DNA of 64,000 nucleotides from Dudresnaya verticillata (Eukaryota): NCBI GenBank assembly GCA_977862235.1, contig OZ374560.1, positions 2,604,001 to 2,668,000 of the forward strand, read 5' to 3'. Shown piece by piece: positions 1 to 11,609 of this stretch (position 1 is its first letter; each line of letters starts with the position of its first letter). The notes under the pieces were generated by a model. It saw only the letters and a program-made list of their open reading frames with translations, ran no database searches and was not told where the DNA came from. The position numbers and the translations under genes were made by a program.

Positions 1-1274
1 GGCAAGCATTAGCTGTAGCCGTGGACTGTAGACGTAAACGAGATCGAATAGAATCAGCAGAAACACCAGGTGGTTCATTCTGCTAAGCTGCTCATTCTGC
101 TAAGCCTTAAGAGCCAGGTTGGGAGCAAACAAATTGGATTGAAGAGAGCGAACTATGAACACAATCGGTAGAAGGGTATTTCAAGAAAGGCAAAAAGGAA
201 GAAAGTTGGAACATAGATCCAGAACTATCGGGAAGGGGAACTCGGAGACGCTGTCGAGGGGCGTCAAGAACTTTCTCGATAGGGAATTGGGTAGTTGCGA
301 AGAGTCCTCGAATTGCCAAGAAGACTAGACAGGGAAAAGGGCTTATCCTTCCGAAGAGACCACCATACGGAGTGTAAGAAGTTCTGTCACTCAAGATACA
401 TCGCCATCCACCTTTTAACTCTTTGCTCGTCCACACTTTCTTCATTTTCCCTTGACGCATAGTATGTGACTGGAGGCAATAGAGTATAGTAATAGAGCAT
501 AGGCACAAATCTATGGACCTGCAATTCCAGTTCATCACATACTCACCATTTCTAGGTGGAGTTGTTCTGCTAAACTCTGTGCGCGATGGGACTGGTCTGA
601 AGAGGTTTACATAGGGGTCCGTAAAATCATAATCCGACGGCGACTACTGCCGAGACGGTAATTAAAGTACGAAACAGTTTTTGTCAAAGTAGAATTAAGC
701 CACTTCAAGTACCGCGGATCTATATCGTGTTCTTCGAGAAAGATTTTGTAAGGTTTACTGCAAACCTTTGAGAACGGGAGAACTGCGTTAGGCTATTAGT
801 TAGTACATATTGCATTCAATATTTCTGGCGTAACTGAAACGCCACCAAAACAAGCATAGAAGTTGTGGCTTATCCTTGTATCTCCTATAAACATAACCAA
901 TCAAGCTGAGATCAAGCGGGTGGAGAATGGCATTGAGCTGGGGAAGAGTGTTGGGATGGCACGTTTGCGCGAAGAAAGGAAGAATATCTCTATGAATTAC
1001 TCCCTTAAAACTAGCCTGCAAGGCTGGTGAGTCGACAAGCGCCATTGCGCTTATAGAAACCAAACAGCGAGGCGACGAAGGCCTCGCTGAGACGAGGCGC
1101 TCGTGCGTCCGCGATTATTTGGAACATTTTCCCATCGCCCGCCAGTAGTCTGTATGGCAAGTGATAGCAGCATGTAGTCGTCTCCTCAGACCCGTCAAGA
1201 ACTTAGCATGGAAAGTAGTCTTTCGAGAGCATAAATATAGTATACAGAAGTAGACTTCAAGAAACAACTTGCAA

Positions 1275-3488
1275 CTACCACGTGACCCATTCAGAGCGAC
1301 TGACTTTATGAAAGCCCTCGAGGGAAAACTCTCGTTCCCCGAGCCACTTGCTCCTCAAGAAATGTACCCTGCCGTCATCAGAGAGCTCCGCTTCTGCTAA
1401 AACTCTGAACGTAGTCTCTAGAACAGAAGTCGCTTCGCATACCACTTGGAACAGTGGGCCTTCAATGAGCTCTTCTCCTTCTTGTTCTCTTCTGTTCGAG
1501 AAAACTCGCAGATCACGGTGTCGCTCACTCATTTCCAGTCCGGTCATGGTTTCGTCTTCCGTATCCATTGACGAGCTCCAGTGTCTCCCAGGGAAGAACG
1601 CAAGCCGACCATCAGCAGGCACCCAGTTTGCCTCCAAATGTCCGGGAATCTCCAGCAAAATATTGAGGGTGATCTGAGAGTTGTATACGTAGTCCTTCGC
1701 GTCCGGCACGCGCACAGTCCAGAGCCAAGGTATGTCAAGCATCGTTTGAACGAGCGCTTTTCCATAACCACGAGCAATATCATCAATGTCTTCGTTATAG
1801 TTGTGTTCCAGACGACACTTGGCGATCTCGCCTGCACAAGCTCGCGCACCGAGCTGCAGAATAGCGTGTTGCAATCCCAACCCGAGACCGGACACCCATT
1901 TTCGCTCCCGCGCGCGATACAACCCCTTCCCCAATAGCCCAGCAATTTCCTCCATGCGCATCCACATGCTGTCTGCTGCCTGTTGAACAGACCAAACCGT
2001 TATGACCTCGAACTGCACGTAGGGAGCCACGCCTTGTTCGAACCAGGTAGGTCGGGACGGGGATTCTGTAGTCCTGATGTTTTGCACAAAGTCGAGCCAG
2101 ACATGGGTGAGATTGCGTTGCAGGATTAGTTGCAAAACTGCTTGCATGTCCTCGGGAGATATCTTTATGGGCCGATTGTACGGCTGTTGGTGTTTGTAGG
2201 AAATAGCTGCGATATGATGGTCGTCCGCGGGAGAATAGGCAGGAAGGGCTTGAATTTGGTCGGTGATATTGTCCGAGTAAAGGCCCCCGAGCGCGTAAAG
2301 GTCTTCCACGGCGATAACACCAGCTTCATAAACAGACTCGGGCTTGAAGACCTTCTTCGATATGGTCCTCTGAAGCAGGACGGCGAAGAATTTGCCCTTG
2401 CCATACGTGACAGCATACGGTTTGCAAGTGGCATGGAAGATGCCCACGACCAGCGCCATGGCGACGGTGACGTTTGCGTAGGTCTGTGGTTTTTGTATGA
2501 AAACGGCGGAGATAACAAGCTGCGGGACGGTGAAGTGCAGGAATCGCGGTGGCCACGGGTGGGGGTACGGTAACGAGCCCGGGAACACGCCTTCCGAACT
2601 GTGCGCCCACCACACGAACAGTATGGCGACGGCCCAGGACAGGAGCTCCAGAACGGCCGTGGCGATGCACAGGACCGGCGCGGATACGGTGACGACTGCG
2701 TCGGCAAAGATGGCTTGCCAGGCATAGGCGAGGGCAAGCTCACACAGCGGGAGGAAGTTGGAGGACGACATGTCGAAGACGGAATACAGGATCTCGACGC
2801 CGCCGGCGGTGACCGCGGTGAAGCGGGTCACGAGCGGGTCGTAGTTGTCGGTGTAGACGTCCTTGGTCAGCGACATGAGAATGCTGACGGTGAGCAGGAT
2901 GAAGACCACGGTGCGAAAGCCGTGCAGCACAAAGCGTTGCCACGTAAGCACCATGTGCGACGACGGCGGGGCGCGGACGCGCGCGCGCGTGGGCGCGGCG
3001 ACGCGCGTTTGCAGCGCGGAGGCGACGGCGCGCGCTATGGAGAGGTAGAGCGTGACCTCGAACGGGAGGTGCGACGCGACGGGCGACAGGTGCGAGAGGG
3101 ATGGCACTGTGGCGAGCGACATGAGCGAGCATACCGCGACGTGCGCCAGCGCGTGTGCGACGTGCCAGCGCGACGACGTGCCGTGCAGGAAGGGCAGCGC
3201 GTAGGAGACCAGCGTGGCGCAGAGGAGCGCGAGGCGCGGCGCGAGCGGCATGGCGCGCGGGTGGCGACGGCGGGCGGCGACGGCGGGCGGCGACGGACGG
3301 CGGCGATGGCGGCGGAGGCGAGGCGGGCGGGGGTGAGCGCGTCCGGCGGCAGCGACGGAGGGCAGCAGGGCTTGCGCGTACATTGCTGGCGGCGTGCCCT
3401 GCAAGTGAAGGTGTTGGTTGTGCCATGGCGAGGCACTGCGGCGGCTCGCTGCGAGCCACCCGTGCGGCGCAGAGCCGGCGCTGTCCAA
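1275..3488 (-). CDS. Multi-pass membrane protein with C-terminal HET/TIR-like domain (true start may be a downstream Met, e.g. MYAQ or MPLAP)
   Basis: Uninterrupted 737-aa ORF with several hydrophobic segments in the N-terminal half. It then shows AISY...VWLD...WFEQGVAPY...SMWMRMEE, matching the ISY / WxD / WxxxE pattern of TIR/HET folds and the paralog at 16650-17702. Confidence 0.8.
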   Translation of the reverse strand: MDSAGSAPHGWLAASRRSASPWHNQHLHLQGTPPAMYAQALLPSVAAAGRAHPRPPRLRRHRRRPSPPAVAARRRHPRAMPLAPRLALLCATLVSYALPFLHGTSSRWHVAHALAHVAVCSLMSLATVPSLSHLSPVASHLPFEVTLYLSIARAVASALQTRVAAPTRARVRAPPSSHMVLTWQRFVLHGFRTVVFILLTVSILMSLTKDVYTDNYDPLVTRFTAVTAGGVEILYSVFDMSSSNFLPLCELALAYAWQAIFADAVVTVSAPVLCIATAVLELLSWAVAILFVWWAHSSEGVFPGSLPYPHPWPPRFLHFTVPQLVISAVFIQKPQTYANVTVAMALVVGIFHATCKPYAVTYGKGKFFAVLLQRTISKKVFKPESVYEAGVIAVEDLYALGGLYSDNITDQIQALPAYSPADDHHIAAISYKHQQPYNRPIKISPEDMQAVLQLILQRNLTHVWLDFVQNIRTTESPSRPTWFEQGVAPYVQFEVITVWSVQQAADSMWMRMEEIAGLLGKGLYRARERKWVSGLGLGLQHAILQLGARACAGEIAKCRLEHNYNEDIDDIARGYGKALVQTMLDIPWLWTVRVPDAKDYVYNSQITLNILLEIPGHLEANWVPADGRLAFFPGRHWSSSMDTEDETMTGLEMSERHRDLRVFSNRREQEGEELIEGPLFQVVCEATSVLETTFRVLAEAELSDDGRVHFLRSKWLGEREFSLEGFHKVSRSEWVTW

Positions 3489-3679
3489 TCACCGAGCGAT
3501 CAACGAAACCGCGCGCGGGTTGGCCCGAACGGGACTGGTACTGTGCTCATACCGTACTCGCACTGTGCCCGTACCATACTCCAGATCCAGCCATGTTTTC
3601 TTTTTGGCCTTTTTGGCCTTCGCTCTTGTTCTTGCAACAACACATTAGTATGCTTCACCCACGGGAATAGCATCATGAA

Positions 3680-3753
3680 AATGCTAATGCTAATACTAAT
3701 GCTAATGCTTATGCTCTACTGCATTACAACTACTAATGCTAACGCTAATGCTA
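3680..3753. repeat. Imperfect (AATGCT)n hexamer microsatellite
   Basis: aatgctaatgctaatactaatgctaatgcttatgct...actaatgctaacgctaatgct in the intergenic region between the divergent TM-HET/TIR and knottin genes. Confidence 0.8.
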
Positions 3754-4751
3754 TCTACCACTCCGTGCCGGCCGCTCTCAAGGTACGCAATACGCTGAAC
3801 AGCCCGACCGCCGAGCGATGCAGTGCGCTTGCGCGAGCATTTCTTTTTGGATGACACCCATTTGCGAGTTTTGGGGAAACAAGACCTGCCGTAACTACGA
3901 AAAGCCTTTCTTGCCTATCCAAATCACGCTTGCATGCTGCCCGTCATCACCAATTATTGTGCTCCATACAATCTTTCATGTCTTCACATATAAAGCCAAC
4001 CATGTAACCTTTGTGCACAAGTTAACCCTACATTGACCGTGAGCGCCTCGGCATCGGTGGAAGCTGACTTCGCTGCGCAGGTGTAGCGACGATCAATGCA
4101 GTTTCACTTTGTGTTTACCACCCGCAGATCTACAAAGTATCCTGCCGCAGAAGCGCATATGTCCCAAAGAGCCATACATGGCACAACCCTAACCATAGAT
4201 GCTCATGCAAGCTTGCTACTGCTATTTACTTTGGCAAGGACGAAACACCGTGCCACATTTCGATAGCTGAATCGTCCACACATAGTGTTGTCTCTTTCAT
4301 TATGTACGCGCCGCCGTTGAAATCTAGCAGACAAACGCCTCCCTGCCCACGATATCATACGTGTCTATCTGCAGATTAAACACCGCCGTCCACCCGACAA
4401 TATGTTTCTAGTCTGGGCCTTCTGCAGAGCAACTCTGGCGAGAGGGAGCAAGACTATTTTATGAATGACATCTGCTTTCTAGACCTCGCGAGTATATACC
4501 GCGGCGCCCCATGACCAAGAAGCAGCAGTTGGGTGGATTACTTGCACAAGAGGGTACATGCCGATACCGCGTCGCACTTTCGTACCTTCCTGGCATTCAA
4601 TAAGTGCCCCAACATTTCCAACCGCGTCAGGAAACAAATATAACCTGCCATAGTCGGGCCGTCTGCCTTCAAGTTCTAACAAGTTCACCACCTGTGCATA
4701 GCACCGCAGCACACCTGCCACAGTCATCAAGCATCTTCTACAAATCCAAAT

Positions 4752-5102
4752 ATGAAGTTCGTCATCTTCTTGGCTCTCTGCCTGCTGACCGCTGTCTACG
4801 GGGCGACCAACCACAACAACGAAGCCGCAAGTGCCTCAAATATCAAAGCCAACATCGATTCTGATGGCCTACCGAGGCAGACTGCACGTAAGGAAAGCTT
4901 GAAAGAAACCGTGCTGTCCAGGCGGAGGTGCTCGAATTACCATTGTAGTCCTGGACGACGCTGCTGCAGTGGGCGTTATTGCTACGGGTCGCGTTGCCTC
5001 AGAAGGTCATCGCGATGCACCTCGACTCTCTGCGGCTCTGGTAGGGGTTCGTGCTGCAGTGGTTACTACTGCTGGTATGGATTTTTGTGCCGCAGGAGGT
5101 AA
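4752..5102 (+). CDS. Secreted tandem (double) cystine-knot peptide precursor, copy 1
   Basis: Signal peptide MKFVIFLALCLLTAVYG, a pro-region, basic site LSRRR, then two six-Cys domains Cx4Cx5CCx4Cx4C and Cx4Cx6CCx4Cx5C. Paralog at 15412. Confidence 0.9.
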   Translation: MKFVIFLALCLLTAVYGATNHNNEAASASNIKANIDSDGLPRQTARKESLKETVLSRRRCSNYHCSPGRRCCSGRYCYGSRCLRRSSRCTSTLCGSGRGSCCSGYYCWYGFLCRRR

Positions 5103-5499
5103 GAGGCCTTTGCATATATCACGCTCGTGCCCTACTAATGAGCATGGGCACTTTTCAGAGCCTTGCATTAGAACAAAGGGCTTCTTGTTTAGAATCAATG
5201 TAGCCGTTATAGCAAAGATATTGGGTACTAAAACTTGATCTAGTTAGTGTGGGTAGCCCCCCCCGCTCGGGGGGTTTATTTCTCCTTGGACAACGAGTTC
5301 TTCTTGTTTCGAACTTGGTAGCATTAAATCCACAATATCAAGAGCTATGCATTCCAAGCAGAGAACATGCAACGATTATTACACTAGATATCGTGATGTT
5401 TGATTTTAATGGTTGTTTAGGGTGGTCTTGTGCGGGCGTTGTTAAGGTTATTCTTAATCACAGCGACTGCAGTGATCAATATCAAACATTTCTAAAAGG

Positions 5500-7295
5500 G
5501 TCTGCTGCGAAGCACGCGTGCTGGCAATGCTCTGTATGTATCAGCGAGCTGTCCGAAACCAGCCCCCGGTGCTGTGTCAGCAACGAGAATCCACCTCCGA
5601 GGCTTATCCTCAGCTCGGCATGGTGCGCAGCCTTGCCTGCTGCAGCCCATTTGACGTTTGTTCTAGTGATGTCGCAGTGGCGTTGTCGCCAAGGGATGCT
5701 GAAAACGACGACAGCGTTGACGGCGCATACACCTCTAAATGGATCTGCTGGGCAGCACGTCCTTTTTGGAGGCCCGGCATGGGCTGTTTCGCCCGCATTT
5801 TGTCTATTCGTGCTGAAGCTAGACTACATGCGAGGCACGAGCGGAGTTTCGAGCGCTCCTCGTCAACTTGTCCAGATGTGCAACGTGTGTGACGAAGTCG
5901 TGTGATTTGCCCACGAAATCCATGAGCGTAAAGCCGCAGATTCCGCTGCCGCCTTTGTTGGTCGCGTTGAAATTTACCTTGTTCTTTAAGTTTTGGAATT
6001 ACAGAGACAAATCAGTGACCGATAGTTATATGTAGTGGATGAACCGAACAGCTGGTGTCAAGTTACGAAGCCATCTCCTAGTCTGATCTAAAGAAACTCC
6101 TTCTGCAAAGGCGCTGCCCAATCATCAACGCCAATAGCACTAGAGACAAGCTGGCTTGCTTTGGCCAAGTCTCAGCCGTTGCTCTGCAACGAATCCTGCC
6201 TCAAAACAATTGTGGGCATTGCGAAGTTTCGATATCGATAGATATGCAAGAGGCCTGAAGAACTCTTAAATCCGCAATAGTCGAGCATCGAGCACTGTTG
6301 TCAGTTGTTGTTGCGCAGATGGAACGTGGCGGCGGCTGTGTAGTTAGCAAAGAAGCAAGCTCGTGAACCCTTAGCGGTTGTGCGATGATACTCGCACAGT
6401 TTCCAGTGTACATCAGCCTCCGCCACACGTGAGCTTATCACACTGTGCTGTTTGCGGCCTCGTTGCGTTCGCTCCTTTGATGTATTAAAGGACCTCGAGA
6501 GTGGTCCTACTACGTTGAACCCCTTCCAGTAAAGCTATGTTGTCCAGCGAAGCAGCAACTATAGCAGGTGTCCCCGCATCGCACAGATACCTCTCCACCC
6601 CGAGCTTCGGACGAGCAGGCCCGGAACAAAAGGCCGTATCTGTGGCCGGAAGCAGGCGTGTCTTCAGGTGGAATCTGTTACATCAGGCGTGCCACATTAC
6701 GCCGGCATCGCACCTGTTTTGCCGGGCTGCCCACAAAAGCAGCCGAAACGATGAACAGCATCTGCCTGAGGGCGCTGCGCCCTGCTGTCCTTACTCCCGC
6801 GGTCTTGTTTCGGGGGGATGTTGTTCATTGTTGTTGCACAGTTGCGCCCCGTCTTTGAAAGAATTGCGTTGGCCAAGGATGGCCCAATGACGATGGTCAA
6901 GACGCGATTCTTTGTCCGCCCTTGCAAATTGTCAGGTGGGCCGGCAAGAACTGCTGCGTGTAAACATTGCGTGTCTCTGCGTTTGGGCGGCTGTAAGACT
7001 TCTCCAATTAATGCTGCTAGCAGTTAGCGTGTACGTAGCCAGCCGCAACAAAAACGGGCAGCAAAGCCGTTCAGAGCAACTTGCAAACGCAATCCGTAAA
7101 CACCGACAAGCTTTCAAAGTTTAAGGGTTTGTCCGACAAGAGCATTTCGGTTCCGGTGGTGGTGCCTGCGGTGAAGCAGGTAATGAGGGGATCGTAGTTG
7201 TCGGTGTCAACATCCTTGTCAAGCGATTGTCATGCATGCCGAGGGTAAGTAGGAGGAAGACTATTACTAGACAGGCGGGCAGAGCGAAGCGGCGC
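5500..7295 (-). pseudogene. Decayed paralog of the TM-HET/TIR-like gene at 1275-3488
   Basis: 7150-7295 reads RFALPACLVIVFLLLTLG/frameshift/SLDKDVDTDNYDPLITCFTAGTTTGTEML versus RFVLHGFRTVVFILLTVSILMSLTKDVYTDNYDPLVTRFTAVTAGGVEIL. Weaker remnants follow in the same order: HSVISS (~6430-6447), NCFEAGFVA (~6185-6212), L*IRL/EMA (~6070-6093). The left boundary is approximate. Confidence 0.65.
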
Positions 7296-7522
7296 TACGC
7301 CGCGGTAAAGGCCATAATTTCGAGGGCGGGGTGAGAGAGGGAAGGAAACGTGGAATGCAGCTTTACTCACATCATGACGAACATGTGCATTTATGTTGGC
7401 GTAACGGATATAAAATACTTATAACTATAAGATAGAGAACATTTCATGGGGGGGACTAAAACGCTCCATAAGGGAGCTTAAGAGGGTCATTCACAAGAGC
7501 ACTTTCGCTAGGATAAGACAGC

Positions 7523-10500
7523 TTACATATTGACTGGCAGAACAGTTTCGGGTGAAGGCTCGTATCGTGACAGAAATTCCATTACTGCGCTTCTCCTTTG
7601 CAGATCATTCTCCATGATACCGCTCCTTTCGTCAATGCTTGGAAAACCTGAGCGACTCATATTCCCTTTGATGTACTGAAGTTCTTGTTGAGAAACTACC
7701 ATACGGCTGTGCCACCCGTCCTTCGAGCTGGCGGTTGCTTCACCAAGCCCATAGAGGCGCCTGAAGTACTGCACCATCGCTTCGGCTTTCACCGTTTTTC
7801 GTCCATGTACCAATCCTTTAGATTTCCAGGCGGCTTCTTGCTTCTGCAGCGTCAATTCGTCTTTGTTCTTCAAATTCTTTATACTACCCACTCCAAGAAT
7901 CTCAACCACGTGCTCACTCATTTGCTTGACGAGTAGCTTAGCTGCTCTAGAAATTCGACTATTTTTCGACCCAATAGCACCGGCCATTCTTTGCAGCGTG
8001 GCAAGCAGTCGGAAAGCCTCTTCGTACTTCACGCTTCCCGCGATTAAATCCCTGAAGCAGTTCTTCTGCGCCAGCTTATTCATTCTTCTCAGTCTCTGTG
8101 ACCACTGCTGTTCAATACTCTTCGTTCTCCCAGTTTGTCTCATCTTCTCCATTGCACTCATGGATCCTCGGGAAAATAGTGAGAGCTCATCAGCAACGTC
8201 CGAAATTATGGCGTCCATTAAGAGAGAGAATCTTGCTGGACTAGATTCAGGGAGGGAAGGAGCAAGCAACCCGTCTTGAGGACAGCTTTTCATTAATCTC
8301 ACTTTTTTGTCGAATGAAAGACCTTTCAGGAAACCGTAAACATTTCTTTGCGATGATATTCCCTTATGAACAGCTGCGTCAGACTGTTCCACATTTCTTC
8401 CGTCTTCGGACAGATCCAGTATAACATTGCCCGTCTCATATGCTACCCCGCCAAATACATATATCTCTCCAATATTCTTTTCTAACATCCCTACGCCACG
8501 AGTCCGCTGTTTCCGCTCTTTCGGAACCGAGTTGTAGACAACTAATGCTGGCAGTTCTGGATATTTCAAAGCCAGCTTGTTATGAAAGTCTTCTGCAGTT
8601 TTCTTGAGTGTATCTTCAGATATTCCGACTCTCCTAACAACTGGAAAGGAAACATATAGCTGTGGCCCATGAGGCCGACTTGTTTCGAAGTTGGCCTCAC
8701 TCTCTTCCACGTCTTCGACGACTGTAGGGCTTTTGGAGGCAATAATTGTTTTCTCAATTGCGTCCCTCCATTCTTGTAAAGAAGGTCCGGAGTTCGGCAC
8801 GGGATGCAGAATCAAGTTTCTTAATGGTGTCTGAATTCTAATACCTTGTCTGTTTTCAAGTAGAGAGCATTCTTTCAACTTGAAACGGCCCTTGGGCATT
8901 TTAGAAGTCTCATTCGAGTAGTAAAGCAGCTCAAATGTTTCTTCCTTGAGAACGAAATATCGCATAACTTTGCCCTTCTTTTTCATCTTTTCCTTGTACA
9001 GGCGTCCTTTCAAGAGCGCCGCAGCGGCTGCAGTTTTCGTTTCTGGTGTCGTCTTCATTTTCTTTTCTTTTAGTACTGATCCCACTAGAGGGTTGTTAGG
9101 CCAGAGCTTGGGAATGGCCCATTCTTCAGCAGTCTTGAAATTATCCATTGGAATTTGTTTCAGAGCATCATCGACTTGAGTATTCAAAATATGTTCAACA
9201 TGGTCTAGTCCAGAACGCGACCCAGCGATGTATATCCGGCATTTATAGTCTTTGCATGCGTGCAAAAGCTCATCATGGAAAATATTTCGCAGGGGAGGCT
9301 CTTCTGCGATGCCCGTGTTGACCTTTTGAGGTGTGCAAGAGTTGTTTAAGAACACAATTGACATGTCCTCGCCTCCGAAGAGGCTCGAAAGGGCTCGTCT
9401 AGCAGTACCATCTTCCGAGACCCTGTATTTAAGTGAAAATCCCCCATATAAGGATACATTCCATGCAGAAACAGACTGCGGGTTAGAATCGTACAGAACT
9501 GAGCATAGTTCCCTCCAACCCTCCATTTCGTGTGATGTCGTCCGATTGTTTGTGACGAGCAAGACCTTAGTAACATTCTGCAGGAACTCGAAAGGCGTAG
9601 CCATCTGAACTTGGAAAGGCCGTATTTGAATAGGCTGGGCTGAGTGCCTCATAACAGGATGTCCGAGCTCCAAACAAGCAGTCAGGCAGGCTACGGAATG
9701 CTCGCGAGAAGAACTCCAAAGTTCACTCTGACCTTCCCCTCCGTTTTCGCCATCAAATAGAATCGTACGATAGAATCGAAGCACTTCACCAGCCCGGATG
9801 ATATTAATTGCAATTGGGTCCGGATCGGGACTTGTCTGAGAATATGTAACTGCTTCTGGTGTAACTGCTCCAATCTTGAACATTGCGGAGGTCAGCTCTG
9901 AGCCAGGGATAAAGCCCATTTTCATTTCAGCAGACATAAGAGAGTCACCAGAAACACCCTGGAGAAGGAGTTGGTCCTGCGTTCGAAGTCCAAGCTTAGT
10001 TGAAGCTATTCTGGATATTGCTGCTTCCATCCCGATGTCCTTGTCACTGACATTCTTCACTTCCCATGCAACAATTCCTTCTCCGCCAGGGACAACGCAG
10101 ACATGACCCATGACTTGACTCATCTGCAATGGGTATTCGATAGCGAGAACAGTGGCTTGGTCATCAATCAACGGAAATGTCTGGAAAATGAGAACAAGAA
10201 AGAAAAAAGAAATTAGTTGACAACGTATTGCTATAATTTCGCTTGCAAGGAGAAGCTTTTGATACTTCCAAGAAGCCGTTCAAATTATATGTAGTGAACA
10301 AACCTGGTTGACTCGGGTCAGAAATGCTGAGTGGTATACTTTTGTTCGTAAACAAAGAGGAGGACCGATAGAAGCTGATGTGATGTCTTCAACCGTGAAA
10401 TGAATCGGTTTCGGCAGCCGGACAGGATTGGAATGTGGTTGTATCATCCTTGGAAGTGTAACTGATCCTTCAAAATCACCATCTGGGAGGGACGGGGACA

Positions 10501-11609
10501 GCCAACGAGTTGGCTTGATGGACATTATGACATCCTGCATGGTAGGCGTCGGCATACTTCCGCAATTATGCACCGAGAAATCAATTGCACACCGAGTCCC
10601 CGGCTCGATTATTCCGTATGAGTGCATGTCAGATACAACAACATCGCCAAGAACTATGAGATCATATCGACCGGGATATGTGCCCTCTCCCTCTACGTGG
10701 ATTCTGTAGACGCCATCCTTTGCAAAATTTCCAACTGTACCAGAAGACCCAGGGACACCGGGCTGCCCGGGTCTTCCATCATACCCACCCGGTCGAGAGC
10801 GATAGCGAGTATAATCCCCATCTCGCTCCTGCCATGAATACCCAGATCCTCCTTTTCCACCTGGACCTCCAGCGCCTGCCATCCCACCTCGCCCCCCGTT
10901 TCCAGGAGTACCTGCGAGAACGTCTGGTGCTGTTTTCAACAAAAGCAGAAGATCTGTGTCCAACGGAGAGATAGAGAGGTCAATGTTGGCTCCATGGCCA
11001 GAATGGCCACCTTTACCTCCATTGCCACCGTGGCCGCCGTCCTGCCCAGGTCCACCATTCCCTGCAGCACGAGTTTCTGTTGCGTTGGAACCTCTCCTTC
11101 CGGGCAAGCCGTCTCCGCCATGTCCGCCATTTCCACCGTGTCCACCGCTACCTCCTTGAGCAGCAAGGAAAATAGATGTTCTAGAATCACCGAGTGGAAG
11201 AGGGTAACCTATACCATGAGGATCATTTCCAGGGCTAACGCAGTTGAAGATGATTGAATCCCCTTGAATGGTTAGAGTTGCAGTAATTGGGTCTGCACGA
11301 AATCCATTTTCTCCATTCTCACCATCTTGCCCCCAGTGACCATGTTGACCATGGCCTCCGTATTGGCCATGCGTTCCATGTCTCCCTGACTGTGTTTAGG
11401 CAAGAAACAGTTGTCGTTAGGGATGAGGCTTTGGTTCGAGAATTGTTGCTACCAGTTGAAGATTGCATAACGACAGCAACAACATGAAGTCGATTGACAC
11501 GTACCGTAACATAGTGGATGTGAACGTTTGGCACATGAGGTGTGTACAGATCTGGAACTTGCAATTGATGCAGGGTTTGAAGCGGTATTGGGACGCTTCG
11601 TTGCGCCAT
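7523..11609 (-). CDS. ~1282-aa protein with Gly-rich (G-x-x) N-terminus and an internal PH domain; 3 exons (11609-11505, 11389-10304, 10180-7523)
   Basis: Introns 11504-11390 (GTACGT...CTAAC...CACAG) and 10303-10181 (GTTTGT...CTAAT...TTTTCCAG) join the ORFs in frame, both phase 0. PH motif LKGRLYKE...RYFVLKE...LLYY...PKGRFKL...IRIQTPLRNLIL...EWRDAIE. Confidence 0.85.

Noticed and set aside
107..1063. Short minus-strand ORFs 107-538 and 800-1063
   Set aside because: No recognisable motif or coherent gene structure; cannot be supported as genes.
1065..1089. 9-bp hairpin CAGCGAGGC/GCCTCGCTG
   Set aside because: Isolated, with no U-tract or repeat context; bacterial-style terminators are irrelevant in this eukaryotic sequence.
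2601..3854. 417-aa plus-strand ORF and other overlapping Arg/Ala-rich ORFs
   Set aside because: Shadow frames of the very GC-rich 5' part of the 737-aa gene.
5240..5276. C-run/G-run hairpin near CTAG as a possible Helitron 3' end (minus strand)
   Set aside because: CTAG is followed by A rather than T, the stem is homopolymeric, and no other terminus was found.
11325..11340. Apparent frameshift at the G-run upstream of ORF 10280-11107
   Set aside because: The run has five Gs and reads CAC TGG GGG CAA in frame; the ORF track starts late only because the true start lies in an upstream exon.
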